Source of the DNA: a virus
Direction: 5' to 3' (one strand)
Virus record (IMG/VR): IMGVR_UViG_3300025152_000001
Length of the DNA stretch: 48,454 bases
The notes under the pieces are model-generated. The model was not told the DNA's origin, made no database searches, and was given only the letters and a program-made list of their open reading frames with translations. This document shows positions 15,928 through 24,817 of the stretch, in pieces; position 1 is the stretch's first letter; every line of letters starts with the position of its first letter. The position numbers and the translations under genes were made by a program.

Positions 15928-16377
15928 TTAGAATATCGGTATACTCACTTTCAACTGTATTAGGTCTGGATAAGCATTTATATGCTGGTAGTCTAAAGAA
16001 ACAAGATAAGGTTTTAGGTTCACGGTAGCACCAACACTCCAATTCTCTACATTGATAATTATATCCTTAGATGGTGCAAGAAAGTCTGGATTAACCTGTA
16101 CCCCATACCCCAAGTTAAAGAATAGAAAAGCGGTAGTGGTGGTTTTTTTCTTTTGCAGAAAATCAAGAAAATCATAATCAAAACTAATGCTATCTCCGAA
16201 GTAAGAAATCTCTCCATCAGGTTTAACTACTATCTTATTAGCACCAGTGACCTTACCCTTTCTAGCACTACTCGATACCGTTTGTGTTATATCTGGTTGT
16301 CGGAAATATAACATAAAACCCATAACCCCTACTGCTAAAGATAGGATAATTAGTATATAATTTTTAAACCGTTCCAC
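15928..16377 (-). CDS. membrane-anchored protein (149 aa) in the lysis cassette
   Basis: N-terminal TM helix (YILIILSLAVGVMGFMLYF) followed by a beta-rich domain. The function (spanin-like?) is not established. Confidence 0.5.
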   Translation of the reverse strand: MERFKNYILIILSLAVGVMGFMLYFRQPDITQTVSSSARKGKVTGANKIVVKPDGEISYFGDSISFDYDFLDFLQKKKTTTTAFLFFNLGYGVQVNPDFLAPSKDIIINVENWSVGATVNLKPYLVSLDYQHINAYPDLIQLKVSIPIF

Positions 16378-16546
16378 TTACCACCGCCTTATCGCTAAAA
16401 TACCTTACCGCAAAATACCCAGCCACTATACCACCAAAGCCAATAACAAACTGCACATCGTTCATATTAACCTTTAATGAGTAAAGTGTAAATAAGACTT
16501 CGCTTATTATCGCAAATATGAATCTCCTGTCTATAAGTTTTTTCAT
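16364..16546 (-). CDS. small 2-TM protein (60 aa), holin/antiholin candidate
   Basis: Two hydrophobic segments. Start overlaps the upstream stop (ATGA). Confidence 0.5.
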   Translation of the reverse strand: MKKLIDRRFIFAIISEVLFTLYSLKVNMNDVQFVIGFGGIVAGYFAVRYFSDKAVVSGTV

Positions 16547-16701
16547 TTCATCATATCCTTTAGGTTTTTATACCCAGCAACCTGTGGTAATATTTCTTTA
16601 AATAATGATTTCCACTCGTTCATTTCTTTTTTATAAATATTCCAACATGCCCAACCAGCTAGAACTATACCCACCCAAAGACCTAGTACAAATTCTATCA
16701 T
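16543..16701 (-). CDS. small 1-TM protein (52 aa)
   Basis: Not in the ORF track. ATG 16701 overlaps the TGA of 16698..16976, and its stop overlaps the ATG at 16546. N-terminal helix EFVLGLWVGIVLAGWACW. Confidence 0.4.
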   Translation of the reverse strand: MIEFVLGLWVGIVLAGWACWNIYKKEMNEWKSLFKEILPQVAGYKNLKDMMK

Positions 16702-16976
16702 TTAACCCTCTGCATAATAACATCTAGTTTATTGTTCATTTCCTTCATTGCTGAAACCATTTCTTTCTGACCTTCTTTCAGTGTAACAATATTTGTTTTA
16801 TTCTCTATCGCTTGACATTTGAGTACCGTGGTTTCATTCTTCGCATATTCAGCATTGTTGAAAGCAAATATTGTTATGGAAAATATCAATGCCAATACCC
16901 CGTAGATTACATACACTACTGTCTTACTACTTCCATTGTGAACTGGTGCTAGAGTTTTTGCCAAATGTTTAACCAT
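16698..16976 (-). CDS. 1-TM protein (92 aa) with a coiled C-terminus
   Basis: TM segment VVYVIYGVLALIFSITIFAF. Coupled to its neighbours. Confidence 0.5.
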   Translation of the reverse strand: MVKHLAKTLAPVHNGSSKTVVYVIYGVLALIFSITIFAFNNAEYAKNETTVLKCQAIENKTNIVTLKEGQKEMVSAMKEMNNKLDVIMQRVK

Positions 16977-17229
16977 ATATTCCCCTTTGTATTATTAAAA
17001 TAACCGCACTTGAAAATATGCCTATTGTATCTGCAACTATATCTCTAATCCCAAATCCCGAACTGCTCATGTCTGAAAACTCTTTTATTATCCCTATTGT
17101 CATAACAACTAACATTGAGATAATAATATCATGACAAAAGGCAAATGCTATCATTGTCAACCAACCTGACAAACAACAATGGATTACTTTATCCATGCCT
17201 ATCTTACTTGCGTATTCTGTTAGTTTCAA
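16969..17229 (-). CDS. multi-TM small protein (86 aa), holin candidate
   Basis: Three hydrophobic stretches. First gene after the tailspike. Confidence 0.5.
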   Translation of the reverse strand: MKLTEYASKIGMDKVIHCCLSGWLTMIAFAFCHDIIISMLVVMTIGIIKEFSDMSSSGFGIRDIVADTIGIFSSAVILIIQRGIYG

Positions 17230-17237
17230 TTGTTTTC

Positions 17238-19259
17238 CTATACTATTGCTGTAATTAAACCATTTTTTACTGTGACTGTTTTACTATCTGCTGTTGTAAA
17301 TGAACCCGATGCACCCACTGAACCATCTGCCGACTTATACCCTGTTTTAGGTAAAATATATCCGTCATTAGTTATGGTCATTTTTAGAGTTGCCGAACCT
17401 GCCTGTTGGTTATAAAAAACCAAGTCGCTATCAACACTCTCCGCTGTGTGGTCTGTTATATGTACACCAACCCAACCCGCACCGACAGCGGTAGAGTCAC
17501 TATCTTTTGTTCTAAAATGCAGAAAACAATAGTTGTTGTTTGTTGCATTTTCGTTCATTAAGGTAAGGGCTATCTGTGCCCATGTGCTACCAAAAGAAGT
17601 TTCTGCATCGTCGCTCTTTATCCATAACTTTGTACTTGGTGCGTTTGTCCCTATACCAATACAATCTGCCGAAGCATCAGCAAACAATAAGTTAGCATCT
17701 GTATCACCCTCTATTCTTGTGTCTACGTCTGCCCCTGCTTCGTTTAATACTGTTGCCCCGTTCACTGTTAGACCTGTTCCCGTAATACTTGCAAAACTAG
17801 GACTATCCCCACTTGTGTAATATCCACATATTGTTTTTAAATTCGCTGCGGTTAATTCTTCTATTACACCCGCCCCAGCGGTTATCCTCCCAAGAACTCT
17901 ACTAGCTGCGGTAATATCTTGAATACAGGGATAAGTTATATTCTTTGCTATCACATCTGCTGTTGCCAATAAACTACTTGTTACAACACCAGTAATAGAA
18001 TTATGAAGTAATCCAGCAACACTAAGTCCACTTAATGTTAAAGAGTTTATTACCGCATTATCAAAAGACCCCATTTCTTTAAAAACACCATCCTCTTGTT
18101 TTAATGGTTTTGCGTTTGTTACAGGGAACTCAAAGAAACCTATATCAAAAGTTATTTTCTGTGGTCTTGTAGTCCCGAAATAATCTGTAGTAAAAACAGC
18201 ACTTAAATCTACCCCTGCGTTAATACACGGAGATTCTTTAAATAATTTATAATTAGTGGCTGTTACACCTGTTGCGTTCTGATATAGCGGATTAGCACTA
18301 ATAGAGTTAGCATCTTGACTACTTGCAGTTTTCCATAATGCCAATGTAGCCTTAGATGAACCCCAATACCCTGCATTTGCTGTACCAGTTGGGTATAAAT
18401 CATTATAGTCGGAAACAAAACCCGTTTGACTATCATCTGAAACATATAAACAATAGTCCGTCATCCCGAACATTATATTGTTTTTACAAGTCATCGTTGT
18501 TGCTGCGTTTTCAAATCTTATACATGCTTCGGTATTATTGTAACAAGTATTATTGTAGGCGTTCCCATTTGTAGAAAGAGCAAACTTTATTCCACTTAAA
18601 ACATTAAGTAAAGAAAAATTATTATAAACGGTAGCATAGTGAGAACCATTGTAAACATAAATACCGCTGTTAAGGTTACTGTAAATTCTATTACGGTATA
18701 CCATGTTGTAAGTTGAACCAAGGTATATATAAATTCCATTACTGTTAGAATAACAGGTATTATCATATACGTTACAATTAGTAGCACCCTGTACGAGTAT
18801 ACCTGTATTGCTATTGGAATAGCATATATTATTATAAATAGAACTATAGTGACTTCCAGTGCGGACATACAATCCAAAAGCATTACTATAAGAAGTGTTG
18901 TTTATAACAATAGCGTAGGTACAGTTGGTGTGGAATCTACATCCTGCGGAAGTGTGGTTTCTAAATATAAAACCATTTACAGTGACATAGTCTATTGCAT
19001 CTATATAAAATCCGTTAGCCCTTGTGCTTTGACCATCAACTATTGGTGTATTTCCAGAGGCAGCTTCAAAAACTAATCTAAATGCTGATGTAGGGTTTAA
19101 TCCAGTGTTTGGGGTAGCGGTTTCCGTATATGTGCCATCATACACCTGTATTGTGTGAGTTTCGGTAAAACCTACACTTCCTACGGTTGTGTATAGATTA
19201 TCAAGTGCAGCTTGTATCGTAGAATATGTTTGCCCACTTCCTACTGTTCTTACGCTCAT
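17238..19259 (-). CDS. tailspike/tail fibre with a right-handed parallel beta-helix (pectate-lyase-like) domain
   Basis: 673 aa. N-terminus GSGQTYSTIQAAL...VYDGTYTE, then repeated NNxCYSNxxGIY-type PbH1 turns. The C-terminal fibre-like segment contains ..IGIGTNAPSTKL.. Confidence 0.75.
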   Translation of the reverse strand: MSVRTVGSGQTYSTIQAALDNLYTTVGSVGFTETHTIQVYDGTYTETATPNTGLNPTSAFRLVFEAASGNTPIVDGQSTRANGFYIDAIDYVTVNGFIFRNHTSAGCRFHTNCTYAIVINNTSYSNAFGLYVRTGSHYSSIYNNICYSNSNTGILVQGATNCNVYDNTCYSNSNGIYIYLGSTYNMVYRNRIYSNLNSGIYVYNGSHYATVYNNFSLLNVLSGIKFALSTNGNAYNNTCYNNTEACIRFENAATTMTCKNNIMFGMTDYCLYVSDDSQTGFVSDYNDLYPTGTANAGYWGSSKATLALWKTASSQDANSISANPLYQNATGVTATNYKLFKESPCINAGVDLSAVFTTDYFGTTRPQKITFDIGFFEFPVTNAKPLKQEDGVFKEMGSFDNAVINSLTLSGLSVAGLLHNSITGVVTSSLLATADVIAKNITYPCIQDITAASRVLGRITAGAGVIEELTAANLKTICGYYTSGDSPSFASITGTGLTVNGATVLNEAGADVDTRIEGDTDANLLFADASADCIGIGTNAPSTKLWIKSDDAETSFGSTWAQIALTLMNENATNNNYCFLHFRTKDSDSTAVGAGWVGVHITDHTAESVDSDLVFYNQQAGSATLKMTITNDGYILPKTGYKSADGSVGASGSFTTADSKTVTVKNGLITAIV

Positions 19260-19268
19260 TTTACTCTC

Positions 19269-20156
19269 CTAAGCCAATATAATTCTAACATTATTAAATC
19301 TAAATACTATAGTAGTAGCATTTTTTGAATAACCAACTATTTGCACAACCTTTCCTGCCCCTACTGGACAAGTTTGAGTTAATTGCCCAGAGGTTTCTGA
19401 TAAAAATATCTCTGCTCTTGGTGTCCAGTTCCAAGCGACATTTGTCATTTCTCCAGTTACCAATATATCTCCTGCTATACCTTCCGCTATATTTGCTGTT
19501 GCTATTCCTTTTGCGGGAGCAGTTATTTCATTTGTAGCACTTGCCTTAGCAAACTCACCAGAATTTACATTTTTATAAACAACATCATATTGTGTTAACC
19601 CGCCAGTTGCAGCTATACCGGATATAACTTTAAAATTTCCCCAACCATATGCTGTATTCCAATTTGTTTCTTCTGTGGTTGTCGGGATAACGTAACCCGT
19701 CTGAACCGCTATAGTGCTACCACTTCTGTGTATAGGGTCTGTGAAGGTAAGTATATTTTCTTTATTATTAAATGTAGACCAATCGGCTGCACTTAATATT
19801 CCCAACTGTGCAGCACTCGCCACTTGCAATTCTGATATATCTACAGAAATAACAGCCTTCCCACCCGTACTGGCAACATCAATACCTGTAGTGAAATTAA
19901 GGGCAGAGGGATTGGCTATTCTTACAGTACCATCTTCCTCTGCATTTAATACAACAGCACCAGCAGGGATATTTGGTGCATTGTGTTTGGTTCCCGTGTG
20001 GGTGTGTCCAGTCTTACTATCAAACTTACCCCTCACATACAGATTATAGTCATTAAGAACATCTTGTATCACTGAATGACTTTGCTGTAAATAGGTGTTT
20101 AAGTCAGTAAAATCCGCAAACTTTCTTACCTGTGGGAGATTTTTAGTTGCACTCAT
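19269..20156 (-). CDS. tail fibre-like structural protein (295 aa)
   Basis: Position between the large virion protein and the tailspike. Thr/Gly/Ala-rich, beta-type composition. Confidence 0.55.
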   Translation of the reverse strand: MSATKNLPQVRKFADFTDLNTYLQQSHSVIQDVLNDYNLYVRGKFDSKTGHTHTGTKHNAPNIPAGAVVLNAEEDGTVRIANPSALNFTTGIDVASTGGKAVISVDISELQVASAAQLGILSAADWSTFNNKENILTFTDPIHRSGSTIAVQTGYVIPTTTEETNWNTAYGWGNFKVISGIAATGGLTQYDVVYKNVNSGEFAKASATNEITAPAKGIATANIAEGIAGDILVTGEMTNVAWNWTPRAEIFLSETSGQLTQTCPVGAGKVVQIVGYSKNATTIVFRFNNVRIILA

Positions 20157-23100
20157 TATTGTCCGTACCTTTTGTTCAATTCTTCTAGTTTGTCATTATA
20201 TTGTTTTAAAATCTTCCCTATGTATTTTTCCTTTTCCTCTTGGCTAAGACTTGTATTGTTCTTAATGCTACCCTTGTTTCTATTATAATCACTCTCGGCT
20301 TTATCGTATGCACGTTTTTTAAATATACTGGTTTGGTCTTCCCTATCTGAAACATCTTTATATAGTTTTCTAACTCCAACTATATCAGATACACCTGCTT
20401 TTTTATATTCTCTTTCTTCTGGTGCAAGGAATGTATCAAGCCCCCTCCACATTGTTATTGGTAAACCCGGGAGATAAGACGATATATAATGGTCTATTCT
20501 TGCAGGACTGGTTTCTATTTTATCACCTAGCAATATTGACAACTCAGATGTTGACCTATTAAACTTTGCTGATTCTGGTTTAGACTCATCAAACGGAGAA
20601 ACAATGGTAGACTTTCTAAAGAAACTATAATTAGCCAAATCCTCAAACATTGGTCTAATAGACGTTGGGAGTAGGTCACCTTGACTGGTTATAGGCATTA
20701 ACGTACTTACTGGAGAAAAATCAGATATAGGGTTTATAAGTGTTTCAAATAATTCTTGTTTCTTCCCAGACTTTTTCAACCACTCTAAATAATATTCTGT
20801 AAAATTAGTAGCGGCTTTTCCTATGTCAGATTTTGGTATCTTAACATAAGATGTATCACTTGTCATAAATACAAAGTTATTCATTTTCGTAGCAGAAGAT
20901 ACTATGGTTTCATTATTATATCCCTCGTAGGCATTATTGTGATTCCATAATGCAATACCAGTGCCAACAAGTGGGGTCATTCTTATAACGGAACGCAATG
21001 GGTGTTTCTTGGTTGTTTCTACCAACTGTAGTTTACCTTGGATATTTGCGTTAAGAAAGGCGTAATATCCGTTAATTCTCGCCATATCTCTGCCAGTACG
21101 AGAGAAGTTGGCAGTAACGTTTTTGGCTCCCATCATCGCCTCTTCTCTTGAACCACCCCTTGCTAATATCTTTTTATATTCCTGATACCTGTAGGGAAGT
21201 TCTGTTTTCTGTGATAACCACTGTAGAGCTTCTAAGGGTGTATTAGCGGCATTTTGTGCATTTTTAAGAAAACTAGCATCCTTCTCGCCAATAACATTTT
21301 TAAAGTTCTTAACATTAGACGCTCTATCTCTAGCTACGAAAGTTGACATTTCTCCACCATCTCTTAGAAACTGCTTAAATAGTGGAACACTCCTAACTTC
21401 ATCTAACAACCCAACAGTAAGGTCTATACCCGTTATAGTAGTCCAACCTCTTTCAGAATTATAATATGCAGATAGAGTGTCTCTGGCTATGTTGGTGATA
21501 CTAAACTCCGGGTTAGCAGATGTTGCAAGTGACCTAAATACCTTGGTGGGGTATCTAAAGAACTTTGCAACCGCCGACAACTGTGTTGTAGACATACCAT
21601 TGAAAGCTATATAAATATCGTCTGGCACAGAGAACTCTCTCATTTCGCCGTTTTCAAAGTAAGAAACTATATTCTTTTTTGACCTAGTCGCAGATACATC
21701 TTTTAATCTTTCTGATAATATCTCACTTGACTTAGCTATATCAAAAAAAGCTTTCTTTGCTTTATTGGCATTAGCCATTATCTCTATTCTGTATGTATCG
21801 GAAACAAGAGATTCCAGAGGGTTTACTATCTTAACCTCGGAACCAACATTGTGTAATTCTCTTATTGTTTGCCTTATGTCTTTCTTGCTAACTTTTAGTT
21901 TTTTAGGTCTGACAATACCACTTTCTACCACATCTTTAGATACCTTATCTAGTACAAGGGGTATATAGTCTGGGTTTTTCTTGAACGATTCCATCATTTC
22001 TTTACTTATAACTCCAGATTCGTGAAGATTTGACATTTGCTTTAATCTAAAATCATTTAACTCTTTGTATACCGTGTCCCACTTTTTAATTGTTTCTGGA
22101 GATGTTTTAGATACTAGATTCTTAAATTCATACTTAGCGTTTTCATATGTTCCAAATATAGACTTAACTATGGGGTTTTCCCCTAAGTACTTCTCTGTTG
22201 CTATTGCTCTTCTCGATATAGCATATTTATTGAAATCCTTGTAATCGTCTTTTATTTTCATTACAATAGGTTTAAAGTCTTGCACTATTATCTGTTTTGC
22301 TCTTCCAGTACTATCAAGGTGTCTTTGTAATAGATATATTGGATTGTCCTTATCTGCTATTTTTGAAGGATTCTTAAAAGAGTTTATTTCTGGAACCTTA
22401 CCCTCGCCTAGGGAGTTCTTAATTGATGTTTCTATTGATTCCTTAGACATACCATTTTTCTTGGGGTCAAAGAAGATGTCTTCAGTTTTTGGAATATCCC
22501 TTTTACCAAAGTCTACAGCACCTTGAGTTGTTGCTTTTTCAACGGGGTGGAATTGGTTTATGAGTCGAGTGTCTAAATCGTCAACCAACATATCCACCTG
22601 TTGCATTATTGGTTTGGTCTTCTTCTCTGCGGCTTCATACGTTATTCTATTGCCAAGGGTGTCTAATCTGGTGTTCAGTCTATCGGTGTATGCTTTTGTA
22701 GATTCACCCGGCATAGGTATTCTCCACCTAGACTCCAGTTCTCCCATATCAACACCAATATTACTTAATGATTTCTGGAAGGTTTTTTCCCCAACCAATG
22801 ATTTTGCGGCATTATACGTTCCCTTAAATACTTTTCCCATTGGTGCGAGTAGAGGGTCTAAAGAGAATCCAGCCAACGTCCAAACAAGAGCGTTTGTCAC
22901 GTCTTCTGCATTACCATAACTTGGATTTTTACTTTTACCATCCACCATATAATCGTTGAAGTTTTTAGCAAAAACGTCACCTGCGTCTTGGTCTTCTTTA
23001 AACGCCTCACCAAAAGATGTCACTAGGTGATTCCACTGGTCTTTACCAGTCAATGTATTTCCTGTAGGTTTAATAGGGGTCATAGCATTAAGAACACCAG

Positions 23101-23422
23101 CAACAGCATTAACCGGTAAACTTAACGGTCTTAGTGCATTTATACCTTTATATGTATCACCACCGTAATCAGATGGAGTTGTATCAATGGAACCCCTATT
23201 TAACATCTGCACAACTGTTAATTGTGGCTTTTGCTCTACTGGTTGAGAAACACTCAAAGCCCTTTGCATAAAATTATTAAACAGGTCTGGAGTTTGTTTC
23301 TCAACGGGAATAGTTTTAGTGACAACATCTTTATAGTATTTCTCGGCAAGTTGCATCTGTTGTTCTTTACTTGCTTTCTTAAATCTATCGTCACCTGCTA
23401 TTTCATTCCAAGTAACAGCCAT
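20156..23422 (-). CDS. large virion-associated protein (1088 aa; internal/ejection-type candidate)
   Basis: Size and position in the tail module. No enzymatic motif recognised. Confidence 0.55.
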   Translation of the reverse strand: MAVTWNEIAGDDRFKKASKEQQMQLAEKYYKDVVTKTIPVEKQTPDLFNNFMQRALSVSQPVEQKPQLTVVQMLNRGSIDTTPSDYGGDTYKGINALRPLSLPVNAVAGVLNAMTPIKPTGNTLTGKDQWNHLVTSFGEAFKEDQDAGDVFAKNFNDYMVDGKSKNPSYGNAEDVTNALVWTLAGFSLDPLLAPMGKVFKGTYNAAKSLVGEKTFQKSLSNIGVDMGELESRWRIPMPGESTKAYTDRLNTRLDTLGNRITYEAAEKKTKPIMQQVDMLVDDLDTRLINQFHPVEKATTQGAVDFGKRDIPKTEDIFFDPKKNGMSKESIETSIKNSLGEGKVPEINSFKNPSKIADKDNPIYLLQRHLDSTGRAKQIIVQDFKPIVMKIKDDYKDFNKYAISRRAIATEKYLGENPIVKSIFGTYENAKYEFKNLVSKTSPETIKKWDTVYKELNDFRLKQMSNLHESGVISKEMMESFKKNPDYIPLVLDKVSKDVVESGIVRPKKLKVSKKDIRQTIRELHNVGSEVKIVNPLESLVSDTYRIEIMANANKAKKAFFDIAKSSEILSERLKDVSATRSKKNIVSYFENGEMREFSVPDDIYIAFNGMSTTQLSAVAKFFRYPTKVFRSLATSANPEFSITNIARDTLSAYYNSERGWTTITGIDLTVGLLDEVRSVPLFKQFLRDGGEMSTFVARDRASNVKNFKNVIGEKDASFLKNAQNAANTPLEALQWLSQKTELPYRYQEYKKILARGGSREEAMMGAKNVTANFSRTGRDMARINGYYAFLNANIQGKLQLVETTKKHPLRSVIRMTPLVGTGIALWNHNNAYEGYNNETIVSSATKMNNFVFMTSDTSYVKIPKSDIGKAATNFTEYYLEWLKKSGKKQELFETLINPISDFSPVSTLMPITSQGDLLPTSIRPMFEDLANYSFFRKSTIVSPFDESKPESAKFNRSTSELSILLGDKIETSPARIDHYISSYLPGLPITMWRGLDTFLAPEEREYKKAGVSDIVGVRKLYKDVSDREDQTSIFKKRAYDKAESDYNRNKGSIKNNTSLSQEEKEKYIGKILKQYNDKLEELNKRYGQ

Positions 23423-23434
23423 TAAATCTCCTTA

Positions 23435-24178
23435 TTATTTTATGAAAAATTGGTCTAGTTCTGTATTCCCTTCCACGTTGTCAACTTCTTCGTTCCCACC
23501 AAGTATATCTCTTTGCATTATCTGACCTAGTGCTTTTTCATACTTTCTCATAGCGGCAACAGTTCTCAATGTTTCCTTAATCTTTCCAACCTCAACTGGG
23601 TCATATTTCATAATGGGAGTATGTTTACTAAACATTGAACCACTCTTGTTTTCTGCTGTATCTATTTTCTTCACTCCAAATGTTTCCCATATGGGGTTAG
23701 TTTCTGATTTTGCAAATTCTAATATTTTCTGTGGGTCATCTATATTGCCTATCTTGGCTATCGCTGTTTTTACAGATTTAGGAACCATTGGGTCTTCTTG
23801 CGTTGTTGCAAGGTCTTTCCTGTATCTCTGTATTGTTGAGTCATACTTGTCTACATCTGCTTTATATTGTTTTGTCGGAGGCATATAGCCATAAATACCC
23901 TCATCTCCACCATAAGCAGAACGTATTATTTTCTTTAACTGTTCTGGCTCGTAATTACCAGAATCTATTTCTTCCTGCCTTACAGATTTGTAACCTCTCA
24001 ACCCATATGCCTTCTGTTCTTCTAGGGCATTGTTTTTAATATCTATTTTTTTCTTAGCCAATTCCAATTCCTTATTCCTCTGGTCGTTATATGTCTGACC
24101 AAATGCTTGAAGGAACATAGCTATACCACTTAATGCTGGACTGCCACTATCTGTCGTGTTCGCTGGATTAAAAGCCAT
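23435..24178 (-). CDS. virion-module protein (247 aa)
   Basis: GGAG SD. Sits in the structural block. No family recognised. Confidence 0.5.
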   Translation of the reverse strand: MAFNPANTTDSGSPALSGIAMFLQAFGQTYNDQRNKELELAKKKIDIKNNALEEQKAYGLRGYKSVRQEEIDSGNYEPEQLKKIIRSAYGGDEGIYGYMPPTKQYKADVDKYDSTIQRYRKDLATTQEDPMVPKSVKTAIAKIGNIDDPQKILEFAKSETNPIWETFGVKKIDTAENKSGSMFSKHTPIMKYDPVEVGKIKETLRTVAAMRKYEKALGQIMQRDILGGNEEVDNVEGNTELDQFFIK

Positions 24179-24189
24179 AGTTTATCTCC

Positions 24190-24804
24190 TTACCAATTTT
24201 CTTTATAGGGATTGTCTAAGTCTATTTTACTTGTACCATAGGTTGGTATTTCTCCATAAGTATTAGTATATTTCATTTGTGATTGCCACCCACCGTTATA
24301 ACCAACTTCTCCAGCTTTCTTACCACCACCAAATATTGCATTTGCTATTCCACCACCTAACGGCCCACCTAATATAGTTCCAATACCACCACCTATCATA
24401 CCCCAAAGGGTATTAGATGCCTGTTGGTTAGCCACTTGCTGTTGAGCATTCCACTGGTCTTCTTGTAGTTTACGGCTCCAACTTCTTTGTATTTCATTCT
24501 GTTGTGACTGATATGGTAACTGACCTTGTATTGTAGCACCAGTGTAGGGAGATATTCCACCCCACTGATTAACTTCCGCTGCTCTCTTATCTTGCTGACC
24601 CAATGCCATTTGAGATAAATCCCTATTAGTAGTCATATCATATTGCTGGGAGAAGTTAGTGATGTCTTGGGGTGTAGAATATGAACGTCTACGCTGTACA
24701 ACCCCCGCTCTCTGTACATCTTCTATTCCTTTTTGTCTGTTAAGGTCATAGAAACCTTGTGCAGATTTTAGAGCCTCGTCATATATTGGGTCATTAATAG
24801 CCAT
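24190..24804 (-). CDS. virion-module protein with a Gly-rich hydrophobic segment (204 aa)
   Basis: Internal ATG with GGAGGAAG SD. GMIGGGIGTILGGPLGGGIANAIFGGG tract. Confidence 0.5.
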   Translation of the reverse strand: MAINDPIYDEALKSAQGFYDLNRQKGIEDVQRAGVVQRRRSYSTPQDITNFSQQYDMTTNRDLSQMALGQQDKRAAEVNQWGGISPYTGATIQGQLPYQSQQNEIQRSWSRKLQEDQWNAQQQVANQQASNTLWGMIGGGIGTILGGPLGGGIANAIFGGGKKAGEVGYNGGWQSQMKYTNTYGEIPTYGTSKIDLDNPYKENW

Positions 24805-24817
24805 TTTACTTCCTCCG

